A stretch of DNA of 64,000 nucleotides from Omnitrophica WOR_2 bacterium GWF2_43_52. Lineage in GTDB: Bacteria; Omnitrophota; Gorgyraeia; Gygaellales; UBA12090. Of the stretch, positions 1-9,172 are shown in pieces. Below the pieces are notes generated by a model. The model saw only the letters and a list, made by a program, of their open reading frames with translations, had not been told where the DNA came from and did no database searches. A program made the translations under genes and the position numbers. Positions within the stretch are counted from its first letter, which is position 1; every line of letters begins with the position of its first letter. Location: assembly GCA_001805445.1 (NCBI GenBank), contig MHGF01000025.1, positions 64,338-128,337 on the forward strand. The letters are read 5' to 3'.

Positions 1-360
1 ATTGTGTATATAGAAGGCGATTTGGCGTTAAACGGCAACATCGGCACTATCGGCGGCTTCTTTGTGGTGGTAGGCAATGTCATTACTGACCCTAATGCCA
101 CCGAAGATGCCAGCATAAACGGAAACGGGCAGGTAGAAGGCGCTATTTACACCCGAGGAGACTTTGACATAAATGGCGGCGCGGGGAATTTAAATATTAA
201 CGGCGGAGTCTGGGCGGGTGATGAAGCGGAGATGAATGGAAACACCAATATTACCTATAACAAAGTTTATATGGATTCCATAAAATTCCTTAATCTTGAC
301 GCCAGCGTGCAAATCTCCGCCTGGCGTGATACCCAAAATCCCTATCCCTTGACTCAGTGA
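1..360 (+). CDS. 3' part of a hypothetical Asn/Gly-rich protein; the 5' end lies outside the window
   Basis: The frame is open from nt 1 (ATT GTG TAT...) to TGA at 358-360. No recognisable motif. It lies immediately upstream of pilM. Confidence 0.4.
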   Translation: MVYIEGDLALNGNIGTIGGFFVVVGNVITDPNATEDASINGNGQVEGAIYTRGDFDINGGAGNLNINGGVWAGDEAEMNGNTNITYNKVYMDSIKFLNLDASVQISAWRDTQNPYPLTQ

Positions 361-389
361 TATGGAATAACCTCTTCTAACCGCGCAGG

Positions 390-1349
390 TTGCAAGAGGC
401 ATATGAGCGTATGCGAGCAATTATAGAAAGACTGAAAAGTAAATTGACACCGCAAAGTATTTCTTTGGGATTGGATATCGGCACCTCGAGCCTCAAAGTA
501 ATTGCTCTTGAAAAAAAGGGCAAAGAGTATACTATCAAGAAAGCCGCGTACACTGACCTCTCTCCTCAAGATGATGGAGCAATCGCTCTGAAGAAATTCG
601 TCGACGCGCAGGGAATTTCCGGCTCTCAGGTGAATATTTCCGTTTCAGGACAGTCCGTGATTACGCGCTACGTGATTCTTCCCCAGATGACGCTTTCTGA
701 ATTAAAGAGCACGATGCAGTTTGAAGCCAAGCAGTATATTCCCTTTCCTTTGGATGAGATTATCTTGGACTGCGCGATCGTTAAAGAGAAACTTGAGAAT
801 AATAAGATGCTCCTGGTTTTAGCCGCGGTCAAGAAGGCTGCCCTTGAAGAGCGTATGAATCTTATTGACAAAGTTGGGCTAAGCGCTAAAATTGTAGATG
901 TGGATTGTTTTTGCCTGGCTAATGTGTTTACTCAGCTTAAGCTGCCTTCACAAGGAGTAATTCCCGCGCAGGATGCCAATGCTTGCGTGCTGCTTAATAT
1001 TGGCGCCCGGTATACGAATATGATTATTACTGAAGGCCCTTATTTAAGGTTTAGCAGGGATATCGCTTTTGGCGGGCAAGCTCCGGCGTTACAAGGGCTT
1101 ACCTCAGAGATAAATTCATCCCTTGATTATTATGAGAATCAAAGCGGTAAACCTATAGACAAGATCTACGTAAGCGGAGGCCCAAGCTTAAACGCGGGGA
1201 TTACAGATTCTTTGAGCCGTTCCCTGAATGTCGCGCTTACTCATTTTGAGGCTTTTTCCGATATTCCCTTTGATGTTTCTTTAGCAAGAGAAGAGCTTAA
1301 GCCTAAGGCAGCTTTATTTGCTGTAGCATTGGGATTAGCATTACGATGA
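390..1349 (+). CDS. pilM: Type IV pilus assembly protein PilM (actin-like ATPase fold)
   Basis: Contains the LGLDIGTSSLKVIAL actin/FtsA-like N-terminal motif. It is first in a conserved pilMNOPQ order. TTG start at 390; an ATG at 411 is an alternative start. Confidence 0.85.
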   Translation: MQEAYERMRAIIERLKSKLTPQSISLGLDIGTSSLKVIALEKKGKEYTIKKAAYTDLSPQDDGAIALKKFVDAQGISGSQVNISVSGQSVITRYVILPQMTLSELKSTMQFEAKQYIPFPLDEIILDCAIVKEKLENNKMLLVLAAVKKAALEERMNLIDKVGLSAKIVDVDCFCLANVFTQLKLPSQGVIPAQDANACVLLNIGARYTNMIITEGPYLRFSRDIAFGGQAPALQGLTSEINSSLDYYENQSGKPIDKIYVSGGPSLNAGITDSLSRSLNVALTHFEAFSDIPFDVSLAREELKPKAALFAVALGLALR

Positions 1350-1936
1350 TAGAAATTAATCTCCTTCCCGAACATCTGCGCAAAAAGCAACTTCCAAAAT
1401 TAACCTTCAATCTGGCCGGAAATAAAAAAATAATCGGCTTTAGCGTCTGTAGTGTGGTGCTCGCGCATCTGGGTTTACAGGCAATTATTTTTTTCCAAAG
1501 CCTTATGCTTAACCATGCAGAGCGAGCCTTTGCCGCGATAGGGCCGCAGCGTTTGGAGGTAGATGAGCTAAAGGCAAAAATGGACAAGACCAAGGTTTTA
1601 GAAGAATTAATGGTGCGTTTAGGCACGCAGCGTTTTTCAGTAAGCCCTAAGCTTAACGCGATAAGTGATGCCGTAACCGACGGCGTATGGCTTTACGAGC
1701 TCGCGCTTTCCAAAGACGCCTGTGAGTTAAAAGGAAGCTGCGTATCGCTTGGCGCGCAGGAGCTGGCCCAGATTGGGAAGTTTCTCAATAGCCTACGGGC
1801 GCTCCCTGAGCTATACAAGGCTTTTCCCCGCCTTGAGCTTGCTTCGGTGCAAAGGCGAAAAATAGGGGATGTTGAAGTCGTTGATTTTATCATCAGCTCA
1901 CAATCTCAAACGAAACCGGGTTCTTTAAGGAAATAG
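1346..1936 (+). CDS. pilN: Type IV pilus assembly protein PilN
   Basis: N-terminal INLLP motif followed by one TM helix. The start overlaps the pilM stop (ATGA). Confidence 0.75.
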   Translation: MIEINLLPEHLRKKQLPKLTFNLAGNKKIIGFSVCSVVLAHLGLQAIIFFQSLMLNHAERAFAAIGPQRLEVDELKAKMDKTKVLEELMVRLGTQRFSVSPKLNAISDAVTDGVWLYELALSKDACELKGSCVSLGAQELAQIGKFLNSLRALPELYKAFPRLELASVQRRKIGDVEVVDFIISSQSQTKPGSLRK

Positions 1937-1953
1937 CCGAAAAGACTGTTTGC

Positions 1954-2535
1954 ATGGATTTTAAAATATTCAAAAGCCAAGAGAAGAAAATACTTATAGC
2001 GGGTATTCTTTTGGCTGTTATTTTTTTATACATTGAAATTGCCTTCATTCTAGGGCCGCAGCTGCGCGCCCTCAGTGCCAAAGCTCTAAAACTGCATCAG
2101 GTGGGCTCTCGTTTAAGCGAATATAAGAAAAATTTTGTTTCTCTTAAAGAGCTGCAGGCTCAAGCCGATGCTTCAGAAGCCAAAAACGTTGGCATCGAAA
2201 AAAATATTTTCAGCGATAACGATATCCCCTTTATTTTAGATACAATTTCACAGCAGGCATCCGCCACAGGGGTAAAGATTATGCAAATGAAGCCCGCGGC
2301 GGAGGCTCTGTTATCAAGTGAAAAGCCGCAGGAAGCAGCCGGCAACTTGAAATTTTCCCCTCTTCCTTTCAGCCTGCAGTTGAGCGGCGCCTATCATAGG
2401 CTTGGTGAATTTATAAACCGCCTGGAAAATAACCCGTTTATTTCCATTATTTCAATGACGATGGGCGCCAGCAGTTCGGAATCGAGCAGGCAACTTGCTA
2501 GTGTGGAGATCAGCGTATATGTTAATAAAAAATAA
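1954..2535 (+). CDS. pilO: Type IV pilus assembly protein PilO
   Basis: N-terminal TM helix followed by a coiled region. Its position between pilN and pilP/pilQ supports the call. Confidence 0.65.
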   Translation: MDFKIFKSQEKKILIAGILLAVIFLYIEIAFILGPQLRALSAKALKLHQVGSRLSEYKKNFVSLKELQAQADASEAKNVGIEKNIFSDNDIPFILDTISQQASATGVKIMQMKPAAEALLSSEKPQEAAGNLKFSPLPFSLQLSGAYHRLGEFINRLENNPFISIISMTMGASSSESSRQLASVEISVYVNKK

Positions 2536-2944
2536 ATACTTTTTTATTGCGGTTTTTTTTGTTATAATAATAGCTGTTCAAGCGGCTTCTGCTAAGGAAA
2601 ATGCTGCTTTCGGGAAGAAAAATGGCGCTGTCAAGGCAGAGAGAGTTCCTAAAGAAAGGCAGTTTGTTTACGATACCAAGGAGAAGCGTGATCCTTTTGT
2701 CGCTTTGGTAACCAAGGAAGGCCGGATTATTGAGCCTCCGGCGCGTAAACGCAAAACCGATGAAATTTATCTGGAAGGTATCATCTATGATCCTAAGGGC
2801 GGTTCTTACGCGGTTATTGATGGCGAGATATGGAAGGCAGGAGATTCTATCGGCGCGGCCACAATCATCAGGATTGAATCTCAAAAAATAATTTTTCTAA
2901 AGTCGGATAAGGAATTTGAAGTAGAACTAAAAAAGGAGGAGTGA
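2495..2944 (+). CDS. pilP: PilP-like small lipoprotein/periplasmic protein
   Basis: Hydrophobic N-terminus (FFIAVFFVIIIAVQAASA). It sits directly before the secretin gene. The probable true start is the ATG at 2519. Confidence 0.5.
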   Translation: MLVWRSAYMLIKNKYFFIAVFFVIIIAVQAASAKENAAFGKKNGAVKAERVPKERQFVYDTKEKRDPFVALVTKEGRIIEPPARKRKTDEIYLEGIIYDPKGGSYAVIDGEIWKAGDSIGAATIIRIESQKIIFLKSDKEFEVELKKEE

Positions 2945-4590
2945 TAATGAAGCAAAAAATTGTAAAGCTACTCGTTCTTATGGCAGTGGGAGTAGTTTGT
3001 GCGGAAAGCTATTTTAAAAATTGTTCGTTAGTTTTTGCCCAAGGCAATATGCCGCAAGCTAATCTTCCTGCTTCCGAGGTTAGTGGCACTATGGCTATCG
3101 CTGTTGAAGAGCCCAAGGATGTTGTCCCTGAAGAAATTCTTGCTCCGGGAAGGATTACCCTTGATTTTAAAGATGCCGATATCCGGAGTGTCTTAAAGGT
3201 TATTTCTTACAAAGCCGGGACGAATATTGTCTCCAGCCCTGACGTGCAAGGGTCTGTGACGATGAAGTTGACCAATGTCCCATGGCAGGACGCGCTTAAG
3301 GTGATTTTGAGTACCTATGGTTATGGCTATGACCAAAAAGACAGCATTATCATGGTTGCTCCCATTGATAAGCTCACTGAGCAGAAGAAGCAGGAAGTAG
3401 AGCTTGCCCAGGTCCAGCCAACGATGACCGAGGTGTTTCTCCTTAAATATATTGATGCTTCAGATGCCAAGAAGGCCATAGAGCCTCAGATGTCGGGACG
3501 GGGGAAAATTACCATTGTCGAGGCAACAGGGCAGGCTGGTTGGGAGTTTGGCGGATCTGATGTGGGAAAACGCCAAAGGGTAGGCCAGGAAACCGTTTCC
3601 CGTTCCAAGACTTTGATTATTACCGAAGTCCCTCCGGTCTTAGACAGTATACGGAAACTAATTGCTGAAATTGATACTAAGCCGCAACAGATATTAATAG
3701 AGGCGCGTATTGTAGAAGCCAATAAGGACCGTCTGAGGGATATCGGAGTTGATTGGGGAACCGGTTCTGCCGGGGCATCATCATCTACCGGCGCCCTTAC
3801 TTTTAGCCCGTCATCAAAGAATAGGAGTGGTGCAGACACTACTCAGGTAGGTGCTCACGCGCTTAGCGATTTGATTACCCCGACGTCTTTCGGGCCAAAG
3901 GCGCAAGGCTTAACGACGATAAACACGGGCTTGCGTGTCGCGTTCAGGAAGCTTACCGGCGCGCAGTTTGAGGCGATTTTACACGCCTTAGATGAAGATG
4001 TTACGGCAAATACCTTATCAGCGCCCCGGATTTTGACTTTGAATAATCAGGAAGCCGCGATATTAGTAGGACAGAAGTATCCTTTAATCAAGACTGATGT
4101 TTCTACGGAAAGCGGAAAGATTACAGGCTCAACGTTAGATAAATACCAGGATATCGGGATACAGCTTAATGTTGTCCCGCAGATAAGCGATAAGGATTTT
4201 ATCAACATGATTATCCATCCCGCGGTTACCTCATTTACCGAAACTTTAGAGGTAAAAAGCGATAGCGGCGCGACACTTTCAAAATTCCCGATTATCAATA
4301 CCAGGGAAGCCGAGACCCAGGTCCTTTTAAAAGACGGAGAGACCATCGTTATCGGAGGGCTTTTAAAAGACGTGAAGTCAAAGGGGCGTGTCGGGGTACC
4401 CTTTTTGGGGAGTATCCCTCTTATCGGGCTTTTGTTTCAGCGCCAGACAGATGATATTGAAAAGGTGGATTTGTTGATTTTTATTACCGCGCACATTGTA
4501 AAAGAAGGAGAATTTGACGAAGCTTCTATAGCAACCTTGGAAGAGAGATTGAATACGCTAAAGCCAAAGAAGAAGAAAAAACATAATTAG
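2941..4590 (+). CDS. pilQ: Type IV pilus secretin PilQ
   Basis: Has a signal peptide and the secretin C-terminal motifs IEARIVEA...DIGVDWG and VPFLGSIPLIGLLF...DLLIFITAHIV. Confidence 0.9.
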   Translation: MIMKQKIVKLLVLMAVGVVCAESYFKNCSLVFAQGNMPQANLPASEVSGTMAIAVEEPKDVVPEEILAPGRITLDFKDADIRSVLKVISYKAGTNIVSSPDVQGSVTMKLTNVPWQDALKVILSTYGYGYDQKDSIIMVAPIDKLTEQKKQEVELAQVQPTMTEVFLLKYIDASDAKKAIEPQMSGRGKITIVEATGQAGWEFGGSDVGKRQRVGQETVSRSKTLIITEVPPVLDSIRKLIAEIDTKPQQILIEARIVEANKDRLRDIGVDWGTGSAGASSSTGALTFSPSSKNRSGADTTQVGAHALSDLITPTSFGPKAQGLTTINTGLRVAFRKLTGAQFEAILHALDEDVTANTLSAPRILTLNNQEAAILVGQKYPLIKTDVSTESGKITGSTLDKYQDIGIQLNVVPQISDKDFINMIIHPAVTSFTETLEVKSDSGATLSKFPIINTREAETQVLLKDGETIVIGGLLKDVKSKGRVGVPFLGSIPLIGLLFQRQTDDIEKVDLLIFITAHIVKEGEFDEASIATLEERLNTLKPKKKKKHN

Positions 4591-4698
4591 AATCTCAATA
4601 CTTTCTAAGGCGTCAGATAATCGTAACGGCTTAAAGATTTTACTGGCGGATAGAGCAGTAATGCCCTTCTAAAGCGATGACGCGATAGCGCTGTACTG

Positions 4699-4728
4699 TG
4701 CTCCTGGCTAAGGTAGTGGCCAGGAGCA
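4699..4728 (+). promoter_or_regulatory. 10-bp-stem hairpin (TGCTCCTGGC/GCCAGGAGCA) in the spacer between pilQ and the DUF2344-rng pair
   Basis: A perfect inverted repeat with a 10-nt loop, seen directly. It has no U-tract. It could be a terminator or a 5'-UTR structure. Confidence 0.3.
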
Positions 4729-4787
4729 TCTCTCCCTATCTAAATTCCCCAAAAATTACAGGGTTTATTAAGCCGCGGCTTATAACG

Positions 4788-5090
4788 ATGCCTTATAAGG
4801 TTAGGGTGGTATTTACAAAAGTGGGTTTGAGTAAGTATATGTCGCATTTAGACCTGTTGCGCCTTTTTGGCAGGGCGCTGCGCAGGGCAGATTTGCCTTT
4901 TGAGGTTTCTGAAGGTTTTAGTAAACACGCGAAGATAGTGATTACACGGGCCTTAAAATTAGGTGTTGAGAGTGAATCGGAGGAAGTAACATTTCGTTTA
5001 CGGCAGGAAATAGGGTGCGCGGAATTCGCCCAGAAACTTCAGGACGAACTGCCCGAAGGAATACAGATAACCAAAACAGAATATACATAA
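4788..5090 (+). CDS. DUF2344 (TIGR03936-like) protein, a type normally linked to radical SAM and RNase E/G genes
   Basis: MPYKVRVVFTKVG...LSHLDLLRLFGRALRRADLPF resembles DUF2344. The part of the ORF upstream of the ATG at 4788 reads as non-protein-like extension. It is adjacent to rng. Confidence 0.6.
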   Translation: MPYKVRVVFTKVGLSKYMSHLDLLRLFGRALRRADLPFEVSEGFSKHAKIVITRALKLGVESESEEVTFRLRQEIGCAEFAQKLQDELPEGIQITKTEYT

Positions 5091-5147
5091 AACCAATTCA
5101 ACCTACGAGGTTGAATTGGTAAGAAGTATAATTAATGAAGGGTAAGA

Positions 5148-6596
5148 ATGCAAAATGAAATCTTAGTGAATGTAGAAATGCAGGAAAAGCGGGCGGCAAT
5201 TGTCAAGGACGGGGTGCTTGATGAGTATTATATAGAGCGGCCGACAGATAAGACAATTGTAGGAAATATTTATAAGGGAAAGATTGAAACCATAGTCCCT
5301 TCAATCGGTGCCGCGTTTGTGGATATAGGGTTAGATAAAAAGGGGTTTTTGTATCTTTCCGATATTGTTGAGCCTATTGAACCGATTATTCCCATTGAAG
5401 CAAAGAAGAAGGAATTTAAAAAAGGCGAGGAGGTGCTGGTCCAGGTCGTAAAAGAGCCTATTAGTACTAAAGGCCCGCGCCTGACGACACATATTGGCTT
5501 GGCGGGACGCTACCTGGTGCTCATGCCTCAGGACGCGCATCGCGGCGTTTCCCGGCGTATCGATGATAAAGAGGAGCGTTCCCGGCTTCTTGGGATTATG
5601 GAAGAGGTCAATGTCCCCACGGATATCGGCTATATTGTCCGAACGGTTGCTCAAGGTAAAGCAAAGCGCGAATTACACAGAGACGTATTGTTTTTACTCA
5701 AGCTTTGGCGGCGGATACATTCCTTCGCCCAGAGAAATACCGCCCCCGCGCTTATCTATGAGGAATATGATATTGTCCTGCGCGTTATCAGGGATTCCTT
5801 TGACGATACCATTAGTAAATTGATTGTGGACTCAAAGGATGAACATCGCAGGATTTGCAATTTCCTTCGCGTATTTTCAGATGATTTAATCAAGCAGATA
5901 GAATTGCATAAAGAAAAAAGCGATCTTTTTGTGGCTAAGAATGTTGAAAAGCAGATCGATAAAATTTACGAACGCAAGGTTATTCTTAAATCAGGGGCAT
6001 ATTTGATTATTGAACCTACCGAGGGGCTTGTCGTCATTGACGTAAACTCAGGCAGGTTCCGCAAACGCTATGACCCTGAGCATATGGCGCTCTCCGTTAA
6101 CTCTGAGGCTGCCTGTGAAGTGGCCCGCCAACTGCGTCTGAGGGATTTGGGAGGGATTATTGTCATTGATTTTATTGATATGGAACGAGAGGAGCATCGT
6201 AAGGATGTTTTAAGGGTTTTGAAACATTCTCTTAAGTGTGACCGGGCGAAATATGAGATTTTAGGGATATCAAAGTTCGGAGTCGTGGAAATGACCCGAG
6301 AAAGGGTATACCGGACTATCGAAAGCCTTTCGTATGCCGCCTGCCCGTATTGCCATGGAAGAGGGAAGATAAAATCTGTTTCTACCATGGTGATTTGGAT
6401 CCTGAAGGAATTGCAGAGGCTGCTCTCTGAGAATCCGCATAAAAAAGAAGTGCAGGTAAGCGCGCATCCTGAAGTAATCAATCAGTTGCTCAGGGAAAAT
6501 GAAAAATTAATCGAAACAATCGAAAAGCGTTACCGGACCAAGGTTGGTTTTACCCTTGCCCCGAACGCGCACATAGAAGAAGTAAAAGTCGAATAA
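5148..6596 (+). CDS. rng: Ribonuclease G/E family endoribonuclease
   Basis: N-terminal S1 domain (GNIYKGKIETIVPSIGAAFVDIG), a DNase I-like catalytic region and the Zn-link CPYCHGRGK. Confidence 0.85.
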   Translation: MQNEILVNVEMQEKRAAIVKDGVLDEYYIERPTDKTIVGNIYKGKIETIVPSIGAAFVDIGLDKKGFLYLSDIVEPIEPIIPIEAKKKEFKKGEEVLVQVVKEPISTKGPRLTTHIGLAGRYLVLMPQDAHRGVSRRIDDKEERSRLLGIMEEVNVPTDIGYIVRTVAQGKAKRELHRDVLFLLKLWRRIHSFAQRNTAPALIYEEYDIVLRVIRDSFDDTISKLIVDSKDEHRRICNFLRVFSDDLIKQIELHKEKSDLFVAKNVEKQIDKIYERKVILKSGAYLIIEPTEGLVVIDVNSGRFRKRYDPEHMALSVNSEAACEVARQLRLRDLGGIIVIDFIDMEREEHRKDVLRVLKHSLKCDRAKYEILGISKFGVVEMTRERVYRTIESLSYAACPYCHGRGKIKSVSTMVIWILKELQRLLSENPHKKEVQVSAHPEVINQLLRENEKLIETIEKRYRTKVGFTLAPNAHIEEVKVE

Positions 6597-6613
6597 AAAA
6601 AAGAGGTGATACT

Positions 6614-6925
6614 ATGTATGCGGTAATTGAAACAGGCGGTAAACAGTACAAAGTAAAAAAAGATGATATTATCGATGTGGAAAAATTAGGTGAGCTAAAG
6701 CAGGATACGGTGAGTTTTTCAAACGTATTACTCATTAGTAACGCCGATAACCTAACGCTGGGCAGGCCCTACATAAAAAATGCCAAGGTAACAGCCCAGG
6801 TAGTCAGGGATTTAAAAAGCAAAAAGGTTATTTCCTTTAAATACCGCAGGCGAAAATCAAGCAAGACGACGAAGGGCCATCGCCAGCAGCTCACGCGGGT
6901 CAAGGTTAAGGAAATACATGCCTAG
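6614..6925 (+). CDS. rplU: 50S ribosomal protein L21
   Basis: MYAVIETGGKQYKVKKDD is the canonical L21 N-terminus. Confidence 0.9.
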   Translation: MYAVIETGGKQYKVKKDDIIDVEKLGELKQDTVSFSNVLLISNADNLTLGRPYIKNAKVTAQVVRDLKSKKVISFKYRRRKSSKTTKGHRQQLTRVKVKEIHA

Positions 6926-7161
6926 TCCGGTGTGACAGAAATTATCGCTAAATGACTAACCGTCAATTTCCAATAACCAAATTACAAGATACAAATAAAT
7001 TCCAATAACCAATAATCAAACAGAAATTTGCTCTGGCTTTGCGATGGTTTTTCCGGGAGACATTATCAAATTATTTGAATTTGGTTATCGCGTCCGGGTG
7101 ATTGGCGATTTACTATCAATTACCTCTATCATGGGGGAGTTGATAACTCGTAGGGAAAATT

Positions 7162-8139
7162 ATGTTCATTGACAGCGCTAAAATAAACGTAAAGGCAGGT
7201 TCCGGCGGAGGCGGCTGCAGGAGCTTTTACAAGGATAAGTATTCCCGCTATAAAAAAGCCGACGGAGGCGACGGCGGAAAGGGCGGGGATATCATTATCC
7301 GCGCCGAAAATGATTTTTTAACCCTGTATGATTTTACTTACCGCCGGCATTTTACGGCTCAGGCAGGCGCCCATGGCTCATCGAACCGGAAAAAAGGGCA
7401 GGATGCCGAAGATAAGATAATTCTGGTGCCCTGCGGCACGATAGTAACTGATGCCCAAACCGGATGCCGTTTGCGGGAGCTTCTTGAGGATGGGAATCAG
7501 TTTATCGCCGCTCAAGGCGGCTCCGGCGGCAAGGGGAGCGTGCACGCCAAAGAGGACGAAGACCTTCAGGCCCTGCCCGGAGAAGAAAAGGAATTACTTC
7601 TGGATTTAAAGCTTATTGCCGATATCGGGCTGGTGGGGTTCCCTAATAGCGGAAAGTCCACCTTAATCTCCAAAGTTTCCCGCGCGCACCCGAAGATCGC
7701 AAGCTATCCTTTTACGACAAAGGAACCGGTGTTGGGGGTTGTTTCTTTTGATGAGGATACTAGTTTTTCTATCGCGGATATTCCCGGTTTAATCAAAGAT
7801 TCTCACCTTGGCCGCGGCCTGGGCGATAGGTTCCTGCGCCATGTTGAAAGGACCAAAGTTTTAGTGCACTTAATTGATATGGCGGGACTAGACGCCAGAG
7901 ACCCCATTGATGATTATCGCACTATTAATGACGAGCTTAAGTTTTACAGCGGTGAGGTCTTTAAGAAGCCGAGGATTCTCGTAGCAAACAAAATGGATTT
8001 ACCGCAGGCCAAAGAAAACCTGGAAAATTTTCAGAAAACAGTCAAGAAAAAGATCATACCCATTTCAGCCAAAGAATCTCAAGGGCTCAAGGAATTACTG
8101 CATGCAATCAAGAAAAAACTTTATACGCATAGTCGTTAA
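7162..8139 (+). CDS. obg: GTPase Obg/CgtA
   Basis: Gly-rich Obg fold (SGGGGCRS...GGDGGKGGD) followed by G1 GFPNSGKST and G3 DIPGLI motifs. Confidence 0.9.
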   Translation: MFIDSAKINVKAGSGGGGCRSFYKDKYSRYKKADGGDGGKGGDIIIRAENDFLTLYDFTYRRHFTAQAGAHGSSNRKKGQDAEDKIILVPCGTIVTDAQTGCRLRELLEDGNQFIAAQGGSGGKGSVHAKEDEDLQALPGEEKELLLDLKLIADIGLVGFPNSGKSTLISKVSRAHPKIASYPFTTKEPVLGVVSFDEDTSFSIADIPGLIKDSHLGRGLGDRFLRHVERTKVLVHLIDMAGLDARDPIDDYRTINDELKFYSGEVFKKPRILVANKMDLPQAKENLENFQKTVKKKIIPISAKESQGLKELLHAIKKKLYTHSR

Positions 8140-9172
8140 AGTCGGCTCAAGCCTTATCAGTTCCAAGCAGAATGTGCTTGAGCTTAAATATCTGAAAGCT
8201 ATTATTGAGCAGATCAACGGTTTATTTGACCAGGGCAAAGAAATAGTCCTGGTTTCTTCAGGCGCGGTTGCCTGCGGAATGTCCTTATTGCGCATCAAAC
8301 AAAGGCCTAAAGATATTGCCAGCCTTCAGGCAGCGGCTGCCATTGGCCAGAATGAGCTCATGGGTATCTACCGCAGGCTGCTTGGCCGCAACAAGCGCCT
8401 CTGTGCCCAGGTGTTACTTACTTGGGATGATTTTGAAGATAGGCAGCGCTACCTTAATGTCCGTAAGACGCTGCTTCATTTATTAAAGCGCAAGGTGCTC
8501 CCTGTCATTAACGAAAATGATACGGTTTCTACTGATGAAATTCGTTTCGGTGATAACGATAAGCTTTCGGCATTAGTGGCGAACCTTATCGGGGCTGACC
8601 TGTTGATTATTCTTTCCGATGTTGATGGCCTCTACCGCCTGCCGCAAAAAGAAGTGATTCCTGTGGTGGAAAAGATAACCCCTGAGATAAACCGGCTCTG
8701 CTGTAATACCGATAAAGAGGCCTGTGTTGGCGGCATGTCGAGCAAGATCCGGGCGATTAAGATTGCCCTTGATGTGGGTATCCCTGCTATTATTGCCAGC
8801 GGCAAGGCCGATGATTCGCTTATCAAGGCGGCTATCGGTGAGAGCGTGGGCACGGTATTTATTGCCAGGGGTCAAAGCCTCAAAAGCAAGAAGCGCTGGA
8901 TTGCCTATGGGGTCAGGCCAAAAGGCACTATTAGTGTGGATGAAGGGGCCAAGCAGGCATTGGTAAAAAACAGGAGAAGCCTATTGTCTGTAGGGATAAC
9001 CGGAATACATGGTGATTTTGAGCCAGGTGAAACAGTGAGCATCGTTGACAGCCAGCAGAAAGAGTTTGCGCGGGGTGAGGTTAATTTTTCATCTTCTGTA
9101 TTAGCCCTGCATAAAGGAGCGCGCCTTGCGCGGGAAGTTGTTCATAGAGATAACCTGGTGGTGATAGAATGA
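8102..9172 (+). CDS. proB: Glutamate 5-kinase
   Basis: IVVKVGSSLIS amino-acid-kinase motif and a C-terminal PUA-like segment. It overlaps the obg 3' end. Confidence 0.9.
   Translation: MQSRKNFIRIVVKVGSSLISSKQNVLELKYLKAIIEQINGLFDQGKEIVLVSSGAVACGMSLLRIKQRPKDIASLQAAAAIGQNELMGIYRRLLGRNKRLCAQVLLTWDDFEDRQRYLNVRKTLLHLLKRKVLPVINENDTVSTDEIRFGDNDKLSALVANLIGADLLIILSDVDGLYRLPQKEVIPVVEKITPEINRLCCNTDKEACVGGMSSKIRAIKIALDVGIPAIIASGKADDSLIKAAIGESVGTVFIARGQSLKSKKRWIAYGVRPKGTISVDEGAKQALVKNRRSLLSVGITGIHGDFEPGETVSIVDSQQKEFARGEVNFSSSVLALHKGARLAREVVHRDNLVVIE

Noticed and set aside
4698-4787. N-terminal extension of the DUF2344 ORF from the first ATG
   Set aside because: The extension spans the strong hairpin and reads as non-protein-like sequence. 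The conserved protein begins at the MPYKVRVV start at 4788.
5331-6481. Several ORFs of 100-140 aa, antisense or off-frame, inside rng
   Set aside because: They are embedded in a confidently called RNase G gene and are likely spurious.
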